This document shows positions 44,324 through 53,674 of a DNA stretch of 64,000 nt, one piece after another; the first letter of the stretch is position 1, and each line of letters begins with the position of its first letter. This DNA comes from a virus: IMG/VR virus record IMGVR_UViG_3300017992_000019, positions 30,892 through 94,891 of that record. The stretch is one strand, 5' to 3'. The translations under genes and the position numbers were made by a program. The notes beneath the pieces were generated by a model, which saw nothing but the letters and a program-made list of their open reading frames with translations, was not told the DNA's origin and ran no database searches.

Positions 44324-45702
44324 CAAAACCATACGACCTTGAGAATGAGCGCGCGGTGATCGTCGCGTGCTTGTTGGATCCAGTAAGCCGGCGCCGGGCC
44401 GTCGGGTCGGTCTCGCCGGAGGATTTCCAGGGCATGAGATACCGGGCGATCTTTGAGGCGATCGTCGAATGCGAACGCAAGGGGGCCGAGCCGGACCAAG
44501 ACGCGATCGCGGTGCTCGCCGACGGCGCCGACTACGGCGGGCTTGAATTCCTGCAAATGCTTTTCGGGCTCACGCCGACCAAGAATATAGAATTGCACCT
44601 CGCGCGACTCCGGCGTGACTCGGTCCGGTTGCAGATACGATCGCAAGCTCTCCCCGAGTTGACCGAGCTCCTCGCCGATCGGTCTATCGATCACACCGAG
44701 TGTATAAAGCAGACCGCGGAGATCCTGAACGCTCTCCGGGTTACCGAGGGGGCCAACCTGGATCCCTGCAAGGAGTGGATCGACGTGCTCGACGCGCGGT
44801 GTGCGGGCGGCGGGCATTTCGTCTCGAGCGGGTACGAGCCTCTCGACTCCGAGTTCGTCGAGGGATTCGCGGCCGGCAACGTCTCTCTGATCGCCGGCCG
44901 GCCGAGCAACGGCAAGTCAACATTCGTGACCGACATGGTCCGGCGTCTCCTCGCCGGGATCAAGAAACCAAAGATCCTCGCGGCGCCTCTCGAGATCGGG
45001 CGCCTCCGGTTTATCGACAAACTTGTGAGCTCGGCGACTCTAGTTGCGACCAACAAGCTCCGCAAGTTTCCCGAGGAGCTCACCCTCGAGGAACGCGACT
45101 TGATCCGACAGTCGGTGCACAAGCTCCTCGCAACCGACGACCGGTTGACGGTGATCGACAATCCGTTTTTCACTCTCGCGAAACGCTCCGGGAAATGGGA
45201 CAACGACGCGGCGCTCGACAAGATCGAGGAGATCCTCGCCGAGGGCAATTACGATCTCACGGTTTGGGATCTGTTTCAGCGGTCGCTCTCGACGATCACA
45301 CCCAACGACGTTGAGACCGCGCTTGTGCGCGTGCAACACATGGCGCGCCGGTACGGAACGCATTTCGTGATCGTGCATCAAATCTCGCGCAAGGTTGAGG
45401 AGCGAAAGGACAAGCACCCGCGGATCGAGGATCTCAAGGGGTCGGGAGGATACGAGGAGATCCCGGATCTGATTCTCCTGATCCATCGTGAAAAGGCATA
45501 CAAGAAATTTATGGAGACCGACGACATTGAGATCAACGTCGGGAAGCAACGCGACGGGCCGGCCGGCCGGACCATGATCGCCGAGTTCTATCCCGAGGTT
45601 TCCAGGCTATACAACGAAAAGCTCACCGACACGGCGCCCGAGAGCTCGGGCACCGACGAGGAGGGCAAGGCCGGATTCAAGGGAGGCGACGCTCCGGTTT
45701 AG
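44320..45702 (+). CDS. dnaB: DnaB-like replicative helicase
   Basis: 'ENERAVI..CLLDP', 'IAGRPSNGKS', 'HQISR', 'PRIEDLKGSG.YEE..D', 'KQRDGP'. Confidence 0.88.
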   Translation: MTKPYDLENERAVIVACLLDPVSRRRAVGSVSPEDFQGMRYRAIFEAIVECERKGAEPDQDAIAVLADGADYGGLEFLQMLFGLTPTKNIELHLARLRRDSVRLQIRSQALPELTELLADRSIDHTECIKQTAEILNALRVTEGANLDPCKEWIDVLDARCAGGGHFVSSGYEPLDSEFVEGFAAGNVSLIAGRPSNGKSTFVTDMVRRLLAGIKKPKILAAPLEIGRLRFIDKLVSSATLVATNKLRKFPEELTLEERDLIRQSVHKLLATDDRLTVIDNPFFTLAKRSGKWDNDAALDKIEEILAEGNYDLTVWDLFQRSLSTITPNDVETALVRVQHMARRYGTHFVIVHQISRKVEERKDKHPRIEDLKGSGGYEEIPDLILLIHREKAYKKFMETDDIEINVGKQRDGPAGRTMIAEFYPEVSRLYNEKLTDTAPESSGTDEEGKAGFKGGDAPV

Positions 45703-45703
45703 G

Positions 45704-45741
45704 GGTGTCACCGGTGACACCGGTCGGGAGACAATGTCTCC
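45704..45741. repeat. Second copy of the 38-bp origin-like palindromic repeat
   Basis: 33/38 identical to 43276-43313; intergenic between dnaB and primase. Confidence 0.9.
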
Positions 45742-45764
45742 GGCCGGGAGGGAGCGAGCAGAGC

Positions 45765-46793
45765 ATGAAATTGCAGGGTCGACGCCGCAAGATGGGTGCC
45801 AGGGAGGCGAGAAAGCTCCGAGAGACGTTCGAGGTCGAGGCTTTGCTAGTCACCCTCGGGATCGAGTATGAGAGGCGCGACGACGACCTATATGCGATTT
45901 GCCCGCACCCGGGGCACAAGGAGAGGGATCCGTCGTGGCATATCCGGGCCGTGACCGGAGACCCGAAAAACGGAGTGTTCAATTGTTGGTCGTGCAAGTG
46001 GGCCGGCGACGTCTACACCCTGATCCAGTCGATTCGCCGGTGCGACTTCCCGGCCGCGGTCAAGTTTCTCAAGGAGCTCACGCCGGCGCGCGTTCCACAC
46101 CGACCCGCGGCCGAGCTCCGGTCGGTCGACTACGAAACCAATCTCCGGCCGTATGAGCCGGGCCCGATTGGTTTCAAGTGGCGCCGATCCAAAAAGGAGC
46201 CCTTGCACACTTTCACACCCGATCCGATTCTCCCGGGGTCGGCCGCGAGCGAGTATCTTTTCGGCCGGTGGATCGGGCCCGGGTTTGTCACCCGGCACAA
46301 CCTCCTCGACTGGCGCGAGCAACGCCGGATCGTCGTGCCGATCGTGCGAAAGGGATCGATGATCTCATGGGTCGCACGATCGTACAACGACGAGCACCCG
46401 AAAACCATTGCACCCGAGGGGGCGCCGAAGCGGTGGGAAATTTTCGCGCTCGATCACCTCGACCGGGATCGTCGCGAGGTGCACCTTGTCGAGGGTTGGG
46501 TCGATCAGATCCGCGTTTCGCAGATCGGGATCAAGAACGTGATCGCGATCTGCGGATCGAAGCTCACCGAGTTTCAAGCCGAGGAGATCCTTTTCGCGGA
46601 AAGGATCACCGTGTGGCTTGACGGCGACAAGGCCGGCGAAGTGTTTGGGATCGACGTACACGATTGGTTTGCACACCGACAACTCTTTGTTGTAAAGATG
46701 CCCGACGGAAAAGATCCCGGGGATTTTTCCCCGAGTGAGTTATCAAAATTTCAACCCTCTCCCTTTCACAGGAGGCAACCATGCCCGAAGTAA
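45765..46793 (+). CDS. DNA primase (CHC2 zinc finger + TOPRIM)
   Basis: 'CPHPGH.E..PS...FNCWSC..AGD', 'LVEGWVD', 'WLDGDKAG', 'KDPGD'. Confidence 0.88.
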   Translation: MKLQGRRRKMGAREARKLRETFEVEALLVTLGIEYERRDDDLYAICPHPGHKERDPSWHIRAVTGDPKNGVFNCWSCKWAGDVYTLIQSIRRCDFPAAVKFLKELTPARVPHRPAAELRSVDYETNLRPYEPGPIGFKWRRSKKEPLHTFTPDPILPGSAASEYLFGRWIGPGFVTRHNLLDWREQRRIVVPIVRKGSMISWVARSYNDEHPKTIAPEGAPKRWEIFALDHLDRDRREVHLVEGWVDQIRVSQIGIKNVIAICGSKLTEFQAEEILFAERITVWLDGDKAGEVFGIDVHDWFAHRQLFVVKMPDGKDPGDFSPSELSKFQPSPFHRRQPCPK

Positions 46794-47845
46794 CTTTTAT
46801 TGCAGCGTGTGCGCTTGACTATGCACAGAAGAACAAGATCAAGCTCCCGAAAAAAGCCAAGGAGGATCCCGACCTCCTCCTCGAGGTCATGCAAGAGGAG
46901 CTCGAGCGACGGAGCAAGGAGGAGTCGGGCGACGAACAACCTTTCGAGTGCGAGCGGTGCCGAAAGGTCGTGCTCGAGGCCGACGTGTTTTGCTGGTATT
47001 GCGGGTTCGATGTGAGCGACGACGGATCGGGAGGTTGGAAACCTCCGGCCGAGGAAAAGCCGGAAGTTTCCAAGCCGGAGGAAAAGCCAGCGGAAACAAC
47101 GACCGGCGAGCAACAGGCGCCGGAAACCACCGAGGAGGATCCCGAGGTGACACCGGAGGAGATCGAAGCGGCCGCGAGCGAGGAATCGGAGACGACAGGG
47201 GAACGCAAGGAGTATGCCGGGCCGACAACCGCGGAGAATCCGTCGAGGGTTGCGGAGCCGGGAGGCAAGAAAACTCTCAAGGAGTACACCGAGACGATCG
47301 TGCGGCGCGACGGCGACAGCGGACACGGCGCTTGGATGATCGGCCGAGACCTCCTCGAAGTCGACGCCGACAATCTGTTTCTCGACGGGGGATACGATAC
47401 CCTCGAGGAGTATGCCGCGGCCGACCTCGCGATATCGTGGAAAATGGCGACCGACTACATGCGGATCGCCGGCGCGCTCACCGAGGAGCAAAGCAAGCTC
47501 GTCGGGATCTTCAAACTGAAACTGATCGTCGCGGCAAAAGACGAGGAGCACCGCGAGCGGTTGCTCAAGGCAGGCACGGCAAAAGCTCTCGGCGGCGAGG
47601 GATACGACCGAGACCAACTCAAGGATCTCAAGGATCAACTCGAGGGCAAGGGCGGCGGCGACGGCGGCGGGTCGAGCGGCGAAAAGAAAAAGCGATCGCC
47701 TTTTCTCAAGCTGATCAAGGAGGGCACTTTCGAGGGCCGGCGCACCGAGGATCGCCTTGCGATCGATCTCGACGACGACGTTGTGCTCCGGGTCGAGGTG
47801 CTCAAGACCAAGGGCAAGGCGTGGTTTGAAAAGAGGGAGGATTGA
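46781..47845 (+). CDS. Hypothetical protein (zinc ribbon, acidic linker, DUF3102-like helix bundle)
   Basis: CERC..CWYCG; 'W.IGRDLLEV...GYDTLEEY.....ISWKMATDYMRIA'. Confidence 0.6.
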   Translation: MPEVTFIAACALDYAQKNKIKLPKKAKEDPDLLLEVMQEELERRSKEESGDEQPFECERCRKVVLEADVFCWYCGFDVSDDGSGGWKPPAEEKPEVSKPEEKPAETTTGEQQAPETTEEDPEVTPEEIEAAASEESETTGERKEYAGPTTAENPSRVAEPGGKKTLKEYTETIVRRDGDSGHGAWMIGRDLLEVDADNLFLDGGYDTLEEYAAADLAISWKMATDYMRIAGALTEEQSKLVGIFKLKLIVAAKDEEHRERLLKAGTAKALGGEGYDRDQLKDLKDQLEGKGGGDGGGSSGEKKKRSPFLKLIKEGTFEGRRTEDRLAIDLDDDVVLRVEVLKTKGKAWFEKRED

Positions 47846-47851
47846 TCCGGC

Positions 47852-50392
47852 GTGGTTGATTTCGGGAAAGCACTTCGCGAGCAACGCGAGCGCCAGTACA
47901 CCGCGGGATATTTCGATCGAAAGGGTGTGCACCTCGCGTTTTGGAAAGGCGACGAGAAATACCTCAACTCGATCGACTACCATTGGTTTTTCTACGCGCA
48001 CGCCGGCGCGGTCAAGCGAGAGCGGAGACGGGTCGAGCGACTCCCGGGCGTCGTTGGTCTCGAGCCGACACCCGACGGCCGGTGGGTCAAAGTGTTCGCC
48101 GACTATTTTGAGCGCCGGGATCTGATTCAGGGTTTCGACGACATCGGGGTCGAGCCTCTCGAGGCCGACGTCAATCCTTTCGATCGGTATATGGCCGAGC
48201 ACGACGTCAACCTCGATCCGAATCCGCGCGTGCTCTGGTACGATCTCGAGACCGACGGCGCGACCGGTTGGGAGGATATCGAAGGGCACCGGATCCTCTC
48301 GATCGCATATCAGGAACACAACGCCGACAAGATTGAGTTCCGTTGTGTCGACACGGCCGACGACGCCGGCGAGAAAAAACTCCTTGACGGTTTCCTCGAC
48401 GTGGTCTCCCGGCACGATCTCCTCGTCGCGTGGAATGGCGACGCATACGACGAGATCGTCGTGCGGGCCCGGTGCAAGCGTCTCGGGTTTTCTCCGGTGT
48501 GGCGCCTTGTCAACTTTCTCGACATGCTCGAGCTTTTCAAAAAGTATTACGGCCGCGACGCCGAGGGCGAGGGCGTGCGAGTGAGTTTCTCTCTCGAGAA
48601 TATCGCGCAAACCGTTCTCGGCAAGGGCAAAGTCCCGGACGTGCCGAAACACAAGATGCTCGAGGTTTGGCGCAATCAACGCGAGGTGCTCGAGGAATAC
48701 AACAAGCGAGACGTCGAGATCATGCTCGAGCTCGAGGAGAAACTCGAGTATCTCAAGACGCACTCGATCCTTTCGCACTTGTGCAAGCGGTTCCTATGTA
48801 GTCGATCCCTCAAGCAAGCCTATGTCACCGACGGGTTTGTGTTGCATCATGGCGCGCACAACTCGCAACATTTCCCGACGAAACGGTACGGCGACGACGC
48901 ACCCGAGCGCGAAAAATTTGAGGGTGCACACGTCGAGCCTCCGGTCAAGGGATTGCATGAGGGTGTCGTCGATCTCGACTTCTCGAGCCTGTATCCGAAT
49001 ATAGTTATGGCTTTCAATATCTCGACCGAGACCTACATGAAACAGGAGGAGCAAGCGGTCGCGATAAAAGCGCCGACTGCGACGGCCGCAAATGGGTCGG
49101 TGTTCCGCACCGACACCGAGGGAGTATTCCCGGCCGTCTCCCGGATCGCGGTCGACGGCCGGCAAGAGTTTTACAGGCGCGCGGTCGAGCTCGAGAAAGC
49201 CGGCAAGGAGGGCACACCGGAACACCTCAAGGCGTTGCAAACGAGCATGGTCTACAAGATCCTCGCGAATGCTTTTTTCGGAGGCATGAGCTCACCCTAT
49301 ACCCGGTATTATCAACCGCGGTGCGGCGAGGCGATCACGCTCACCGGGCAAGCGGCGATCAAAACGTGTTTCGATCTCGCAAGGCAAAAAGGAATCCCGG
49401 TGATCTACGGTGACACCGATTCCGCGTTCCTCAAGTGTCCCATTCCGATCGCCGACCAATTCATTGAGCTCGTTGCCGAGGAGCTCGACAAGTATGCAGA
49501 CAGCCGCGGAGCAAAGACAGGTGGATTCCGTCTCAAGGTCGACGCCGAATTCCTGCGGATCTTTTTCACGCGGAAAAAGAAATACGCCGGCAAGAAAGCA
49601 ACCGGCAAGGTCGACGTTCGCGGGCTCGAGCTCATACGCTCGGACAACACGCGGTTCGCGCGAGAGTTACAACGCCGCATGATCGAGGTGATCCTCGAGT
49701 CGCGCACGCCGACCGCCCGGATCGCCGAGGCCGTCGTGCGAAAATGGGCGATCAAGTTATTCAAGAGAGAGGCGACGACCGACGATCTCAAGTATGCCGA
49801 GACTCTCTCGCAACCTTTCGAGTCGTACAAGGCCGAAACGATCCACGTGCGGATCGCGAAGCACCTCCGAGACACCGGCCGCGAGGTTTACGTCGGGATG
49901 AAAATTCCGTACATCCTCGTCGGCAAGGAGGGCGATCGACTCAAGGCCGTGCACGTCGACGACTTCGACGGTGAATACGACGCCGGGTTGTATTGGGGGA
50001 AAGTCTATCCCCCGACGCAACGGGTGCTCGAGGTTTGCTTTCCCGAGCAAGAGGCGACTTGGAAACGGTTGCTCAAGTGGCGACCCGATGCACCGCAAGG
50101 GGATCTTTTTGAGCGGCCGGTTGATCTCGACGACTCCCGGCCGGTTGTGTTCCGATTCGACCCGAGAGACCGAGGCAAGCTCGAGGAGCTCAAGGCAGAA
50201 ATGGAACGATACCCGGGCGGGCATCCGGTGCAACTCGACCTCCGAGTCGACGGGATCGAGGTCGATCTCTCGACACCGGTCAAGGTCGCGCTCCGGCCGG
50301 AGTTGATCAAGGGACTCGAGAAAATTGTCGGTCATCGGGTTTATCATGGTCCCGAGCAATGGGACAGGGAGGCGACGAATGGGCAAGGTTAG
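47852..50392 (+). CDS. Family B DNA polymerase with proofreading exonuclease and C-terminal extension
   Basis: Exo 'YDLETD', 'WNGDAYD', 'YNKRD'; pol 'DFSSLYPNI', 'KILANAFFG', 'YGDTDS', 'KKKYAG'. Confidence 0.96.
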   Translation: MVDFGKALREQRERQYTAGYFDRKGVHLAFWKGDEKYLNSIDYHWFFYAHAGAVKRERRRVERLPGVVGLEPTPDGRWVKVFADYFERRDLIQGFDDIGVEPLEADVNPFDRYMAEHDVNLDPNPRVLWYDLETDGATGWEDIEGHRILSIAYQEHNADKIEFRCVDTADDAGEKKLLDGFLDVVSRHDLLVAWNGDAYDEIVVRARCKRLGFSPVWRLVNFLDMLELFKKYYGRDAEGEGVRVSFSLENIAQTVLGKGKVPDVPKHKMLEVWRNQREVLEEYNKRDVEIMLELEEKLEYLKTHSILSHLCKRFLCSRSLKQAYVTDGFVLHHGAHNSQHFPTKRYGDDAPEREKFEGAHVEPPVKGLHEGVVDLDFSSLYPNIVMAFNISTETYMKQEEQAVAIKAPTATAANGSVFRTDTEGVFPAVSRIAVDGRQEFYRRAVELEKAGKEGTPEHLKALQTSMVYKILANAFFGGMSSPYTRYYQPRCGEAITLTGQAAIKTCFDLARQKGIPVIYGDTDSAFLKCPIPIADQFIELVAEELDKYADSRGAKTGGFRLKVDAEFLRIFFTRKKKYAGKKATGKVDVRGLELIRSDNTRFARELQRRMIEVILESRTPTARIAEAVVRKWAIKLFKREATTDDLKYAETLSQPFESYKAETIHVRIAKHLRDTGREVYVGMKIPYILVGKEGDRLKAVHVDDFDGEYDAGLYWGKVYPPTQRVLEVCFPEQEATWKRLLKWRPDAPQGDLFERPVDLDDSRPVVFRFDPRDRGKLEELKAEMERYPGGHPVQLDLRVDGIEVDLSTPVKVALRPELIKGLEKIVGHRVYHGPEQWDREATNGQG

Positions 50393-50963
50393 AGTCGGGC
50401 AACGGAGAAAACCAACAACGACGGCGCCGGAGGGCACCTCGGGCCCGGTGCAATTTTTCCGGCGAGCGTTCGCGATCGACGTGGTCAAGGAGTATGAGCG
50501 ACTCAAGGAGATCGCGACCATGCCGGCCAACGACTATCGGGATCGCATGAGACTCTCGGCCGCGATCAACGGCGCCGCGCTCAACGCATACCGGGCAAAC
50601 ATGATCTTTCTCAAGGCGAAGCGCGAGCGCGAGCTTTTCAAGATCCCATTTGCGAAACGTATGAGGGAGCTCAAGCGAGAGGCGACCAAGAATTGCGACG
50701 CATGGTTGAAAGCAAACAAGCTCGCCTCGAAAAAACAGATCACGGTCGACATGGTCAACGAGGAGCTCGCGAGCAACGAGGCACTCGCGCCGAGATACAA
50801 GGCACTCCTTGAGGAGCAAGAGGATCTCAGAGAGATCCGGGACAACTGCAAGTCGCTCGCCGAGCAATGGGCCGATCGAAAGTCGTTGTTGCAGACACAA
50901 GCGCGCCTCCTATCCGAGGAAAAGGAGGTCGTGTTCGGAGGAGTGAAAGGAGATCAGTCGTGA
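50379..50963 (+). CDS. UvsY-like recombination mediator (coiled coil)
   Basis: 'ITVDMVNEEL...Y..L.....L......SL...W.DR.SLLQT' pattern; upstream of SSB-like and RecA genes. Confidence 0.5.
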   Translation: MGKVRVGQRRKPTTTAPEGTSGPVQFFRRAFAIDVVKEYERLKEIATMPANDYRDRMRLSAAINGAALNAYRANMIFLKAKRERELFKIPFAKRMRELKREATKNCDAWLKANKLASKKQITVDMVNEELASNEALAPRYKALLEEQEDLREIRDNCKSLAEQWADRKSLLQTQARLLSEEKEVVFGGVKGDQS

Positions 50964-51145
50964 AAGTCATAACCGTAAACGTGAGCAAAGGTCGGACCGT
51001 CAACCTCGGCGACTACAACTCGGTACAGTTTCGATATGGCATGACAGTCGAGCTCGAGGAGGGCGACACGTACAAGGAGGCGTTCGACTTTGCCGAGAAA
51101 AATGTCGACGACAGGCTCGACGAGGAACACTCCCGCTGGAAATAG
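50960..51145 (+). CDS. Small conserved phage protein
   Basis: 'ITVNVSKGRTVNLGDYNS...Y....ELEEGD'. Confidence 0.6.
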   Translation: MKVITVNVSKGRTVNLGDYNSVQFRYGMTVELEEGDTYKEAFDFAEKNVDDRLDEEHSRWK

Positions 51146-51169
51146 CGGGCAAGAAAGGAGAGGCAAGAA

Positions 51170-52504
51170 ATGGGTAAAGTCAACAGAGCGAAGTTCAAGA
51201 AAGATGCGGAGCGCGGAAATTTCACAGGTTCAAAATACTTCGCGCTCAAGAAAACGAAACTTGAGAAAGGACACTTGCACCCGATCGTCGGTCTTTTCGA
51301 GCGATTCTGTCACGGGTCGATCCCGATCTATGAGCAGTATCGCAAAGACGGCGAGACGGTGACCAAGTTCCGAAACCGTCGGTACAACTGTATCGGAGAG
51401 GAACGCGAGGCGGTGCCGAGTGGGGATTGCCCGACGTGTCTCTTGCAAGAGTTCGCGATCGAAATGAAAGCGAAAGGGCACGACGGCAAAACAATTCTCC
51501 TCGAGGGCCGAGACGAAAACGGCGAGCCGGTGACCGCGTCTCTCTCAAAGCTCGCCGGCGACGCCGGATACAAGGGCGACCCGAAAGCGAAGCAAGAGAT
51601 CGCTTTCGTCTGGATCCCCGAGGGAGCGAAAGCAACCGACAAGCTCAAGGAGTCGGTGCAGATCGCGACCATGCCGCAAACTCTCGGCACCGCAATGATC
51701 GAGGTGATCGATTCGGAGATCGAGGATCGCGGCGAGCTCAAGGGCAACCTCGAGCTCCCCGAGGGATACGAGCTCAAGCTCCGCAAGGGTCAACTTACTC
51801 TCGTCAACGGCGAGGAGGAACACCCTTTCGATCCGTATCCGCTCAAGCTCAAGTATGATCCGAAAGCGGATCCCTCGCTCATGTATAAGGCCGAGAAAAT
51901 GGATCGTGATCTTGTGCCGGTGACCGACGACGTCAAGCAAATAATGCTCGCGACTCCCGACGAGCTCGACATTGATCTCGGCAAGATGTGCGCGCCCGAC
52001 GAGGCCGGCGAAATGTTGAAAGGGATCGAATCCTCTTGGGTGTCACGCGAGATCCCTTATGAGGTGTTCGCCGACTACGTCGCGAGCAAGACCGGAGGCA
52101 AGGCAACGGCGAGCAAGCCGGCCGCGGAAAAGTCGACACCCTCGAGCAAGCCGGCCGAGAGCAAGCCCGCGGCCGAGGGCGGATCGTTCTGTGCTGAGTG
52201 CGGCAACAATCTCGGCGCCGGTGCGAAGTTTTGCCAGCGGTGCGGCAAGCCGGTCGAGGGAGGAGCTCCGGCCGCGGCCGAGAGCAAGCCGGCCGAGACT
52301 CCGGCGCCGGCGAGCAAGCCGGCCGAGGAGGAACGCAAGCCGGCCGGCGACACGTCGATCGACAACAAGCCGATCCGGGTCAAGTGCGAGGAGTGCGGCG
52401 AGGATGTTGAGCTCATGGTGCCGTCGTTCCGGTGTGAGCTCTGCGGTCACGTGCACGCGAAACTCAAGGCGCAAATGCAGGCCGACGGCGACGTGCCGTT
52501 TTAG
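51170..52504 (+). CDS. Putative ssDNA-binding protein (gp32-like) with zinc ribbons and acidic DVPF tail
   Basis: H..C..CPxC zinc site; PA-rich linkers; CAECG..FCQRCG; C-terminal DGDVPF; between polymerase and RecA. Confidence 0.6.
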   Translation: MGKVNRAKFKKDAERGNFTGSKYFALKKTKLEKGHLHPIVGLFERFCHGSIPIYEQYRKDGETVTKFRNRRYNCIGEEREAVPSGDCPTCLLQEFAIEMKAKGHDGKTILLEGRDENGEPVTASLSKLAGDAGYKGDPKAKQEIAFVWIPEGAKATDKLKESVQIATMPQTLGTAMIEVIDSEIEDRGELKGNLELPEGYELKLRKGQLTLVNGEEEHPFDPYPLKLKYDPKADPSLMYKAEKMDRDLVPVTDDVKQIMLATPDELDIDLGKMCAPDEAGEMLKGIESSWVSREIPYEVFADYVASKTGGKATASKPAAEKSTPSSKPAESKPAAEGGSFCAECGNNLGAGAKFCQRCGKPVEGGAPAAAESKPAETPAPASKPAEEERKPAGDTSIDNKPIRVKCEECGEDVELMVPSFRCELCGHVHAKLKAQMQADGDVPF

Positions 52505-52510
52505 AGTGGG

Positions 52511-52574
52511 CGGGCGCCGGGTCCGTCGATTTGAGACTGACCCGGTCTCGCCTCCCGGCGCGACTCGGCGCCCG
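52511..52574 (+). ncRNA. Stalked double-hairpin element (family B) before recA
   Basis: 13-bp stalk enclosing gagactg-acc-cggtctc and gcc-tccc-ggc, followed by gtttt. Confidence 0.55.
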
Positions 52575-52591
52575 GTTTTCGGAGGCAAGAA

Positions 52592-53674
52592 ATGGGCAAA
52601 GCGAGAAAGAACAAACCGAAACCTTCCATGAGAGAGGCGCTTGCGATCGTGTCCAAAGGAGTCAAGGGCATGATCACTGTCAACGATATGGAGGAGGAGA
52701 TCATTTGCCCGACGATTATCACGTCGCTCAACCGGGCAACCGGTGTCGGCGGGATTCCGAAACGGAAAATGATCGTGATCCACGGTCCAAACTCAACGGG
52801 CAAGAGTGTTCTCGCGGCCGCGCTCCTCGAGTCGTTGCGCCGTGCGCTCGACGTGCCGGCGTTGTACGAATGCGAGTTCTCGGCCGAGTCGCGTTGGTTG
52901 AATCGACTTGTGCTCGGAGAGGATACTCTTTTCAAGATGCCTCTCACAATGGACGAGCTATTCGGCGACATACAACTCAACCTCGACAACCTCGAGAAAG
53001 GAAAGACCGCGGGCAAGTTGCCTGACTCAATGGGTCTTGCGATCGGGATTGACACGCTTACGAAACTGATCCCTCAAGAACAATGGAACACGATCATGAA
53101 AGACGGGATCAAGAAATCGTTTCCTATGGCCGCGTTGTGGGTCTCGGTCTGGACAAAGATCATTGTGCCGCAAGCCTATCGGAGCAACTCGACGTTTGTG
53201 ATCGTGTTACAAGAGCGACAGAAAATGGAGACCTCCGGGCCGTTCGACAAAAAGCGCAAGCCGACTCTCGGTGAGTCTCTCTTGTATGACGTCTCGATCA
53301 GGATCGAGTGCACTCACTCGACGCCGGTCAAGGTTGGCACAAAGGAGAACGCGGTCGTCGTTGGGGTCGAGCATCACTACAAGCTCGAGAAAAACAAGGT
53401 CGACGGATTCACCGCGCAAAAGGGATCTCTTTTCACCTCGACCGGGAAAGGCGACACGCCGGCCGGGTTCGACTATGTCCGCGAAGCGATTGCCGAGGGT
53501 CGACGCCGCGGTGTGCTTGACAACAACCGCAAGCGGGTTCTCGCGACATTCGGAGACGAGGTGCATGAGGTGTCGGGCGGTTGGGAGGATTTCCGCGAGC
53601 ACCTCCTCAAGGATCAGAAAGTGCTCGACTGGTTTATCGGCAAGCTCAACGAGCAAGCGAGGAGGCAGTCGTGA
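52592..53674 (+). CDS. RecA/UvsX-like recombinase
   Basis: 'SLNRATGVGGIP..KM.VIHGPNSTGKS', 'IGIDTL..LIP', 'Q.RQK', 'GESL.Y..SIRI', 'KNKV'. Confidence 0.88.
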   Translation: MGKARKNKPKPSMREALAIVSKGVKGMITVNDMEEEIICPTIITSLNRATGVGGIPKRKMIVIHGPNSTGKSVLAAALLESLRRALDVPALYECEFSAESRWLNRLVLGEDTLFKMPLTMDELFGDIQLNLDNLEKGKTAGKLPDSMGLAIGIDTLTKLIPQEQWNTIMKDGIKKSFPMAALWVSVWTKIIVPQAYRSNSTFVIVLQERQKMETSGPFDKKRKPTLGESLLYDVSIRIECTHSTPVKVGTKENAVVVGVEHHYKLEKNKVDGFTAQKGSLFTSTGKGDTPAGFDYVREAIAEGRRRGVLDNNRKRVLATFGDEVHEVSGGWEDFREHLLKDQKVLDWFIGKLNEQARRQS

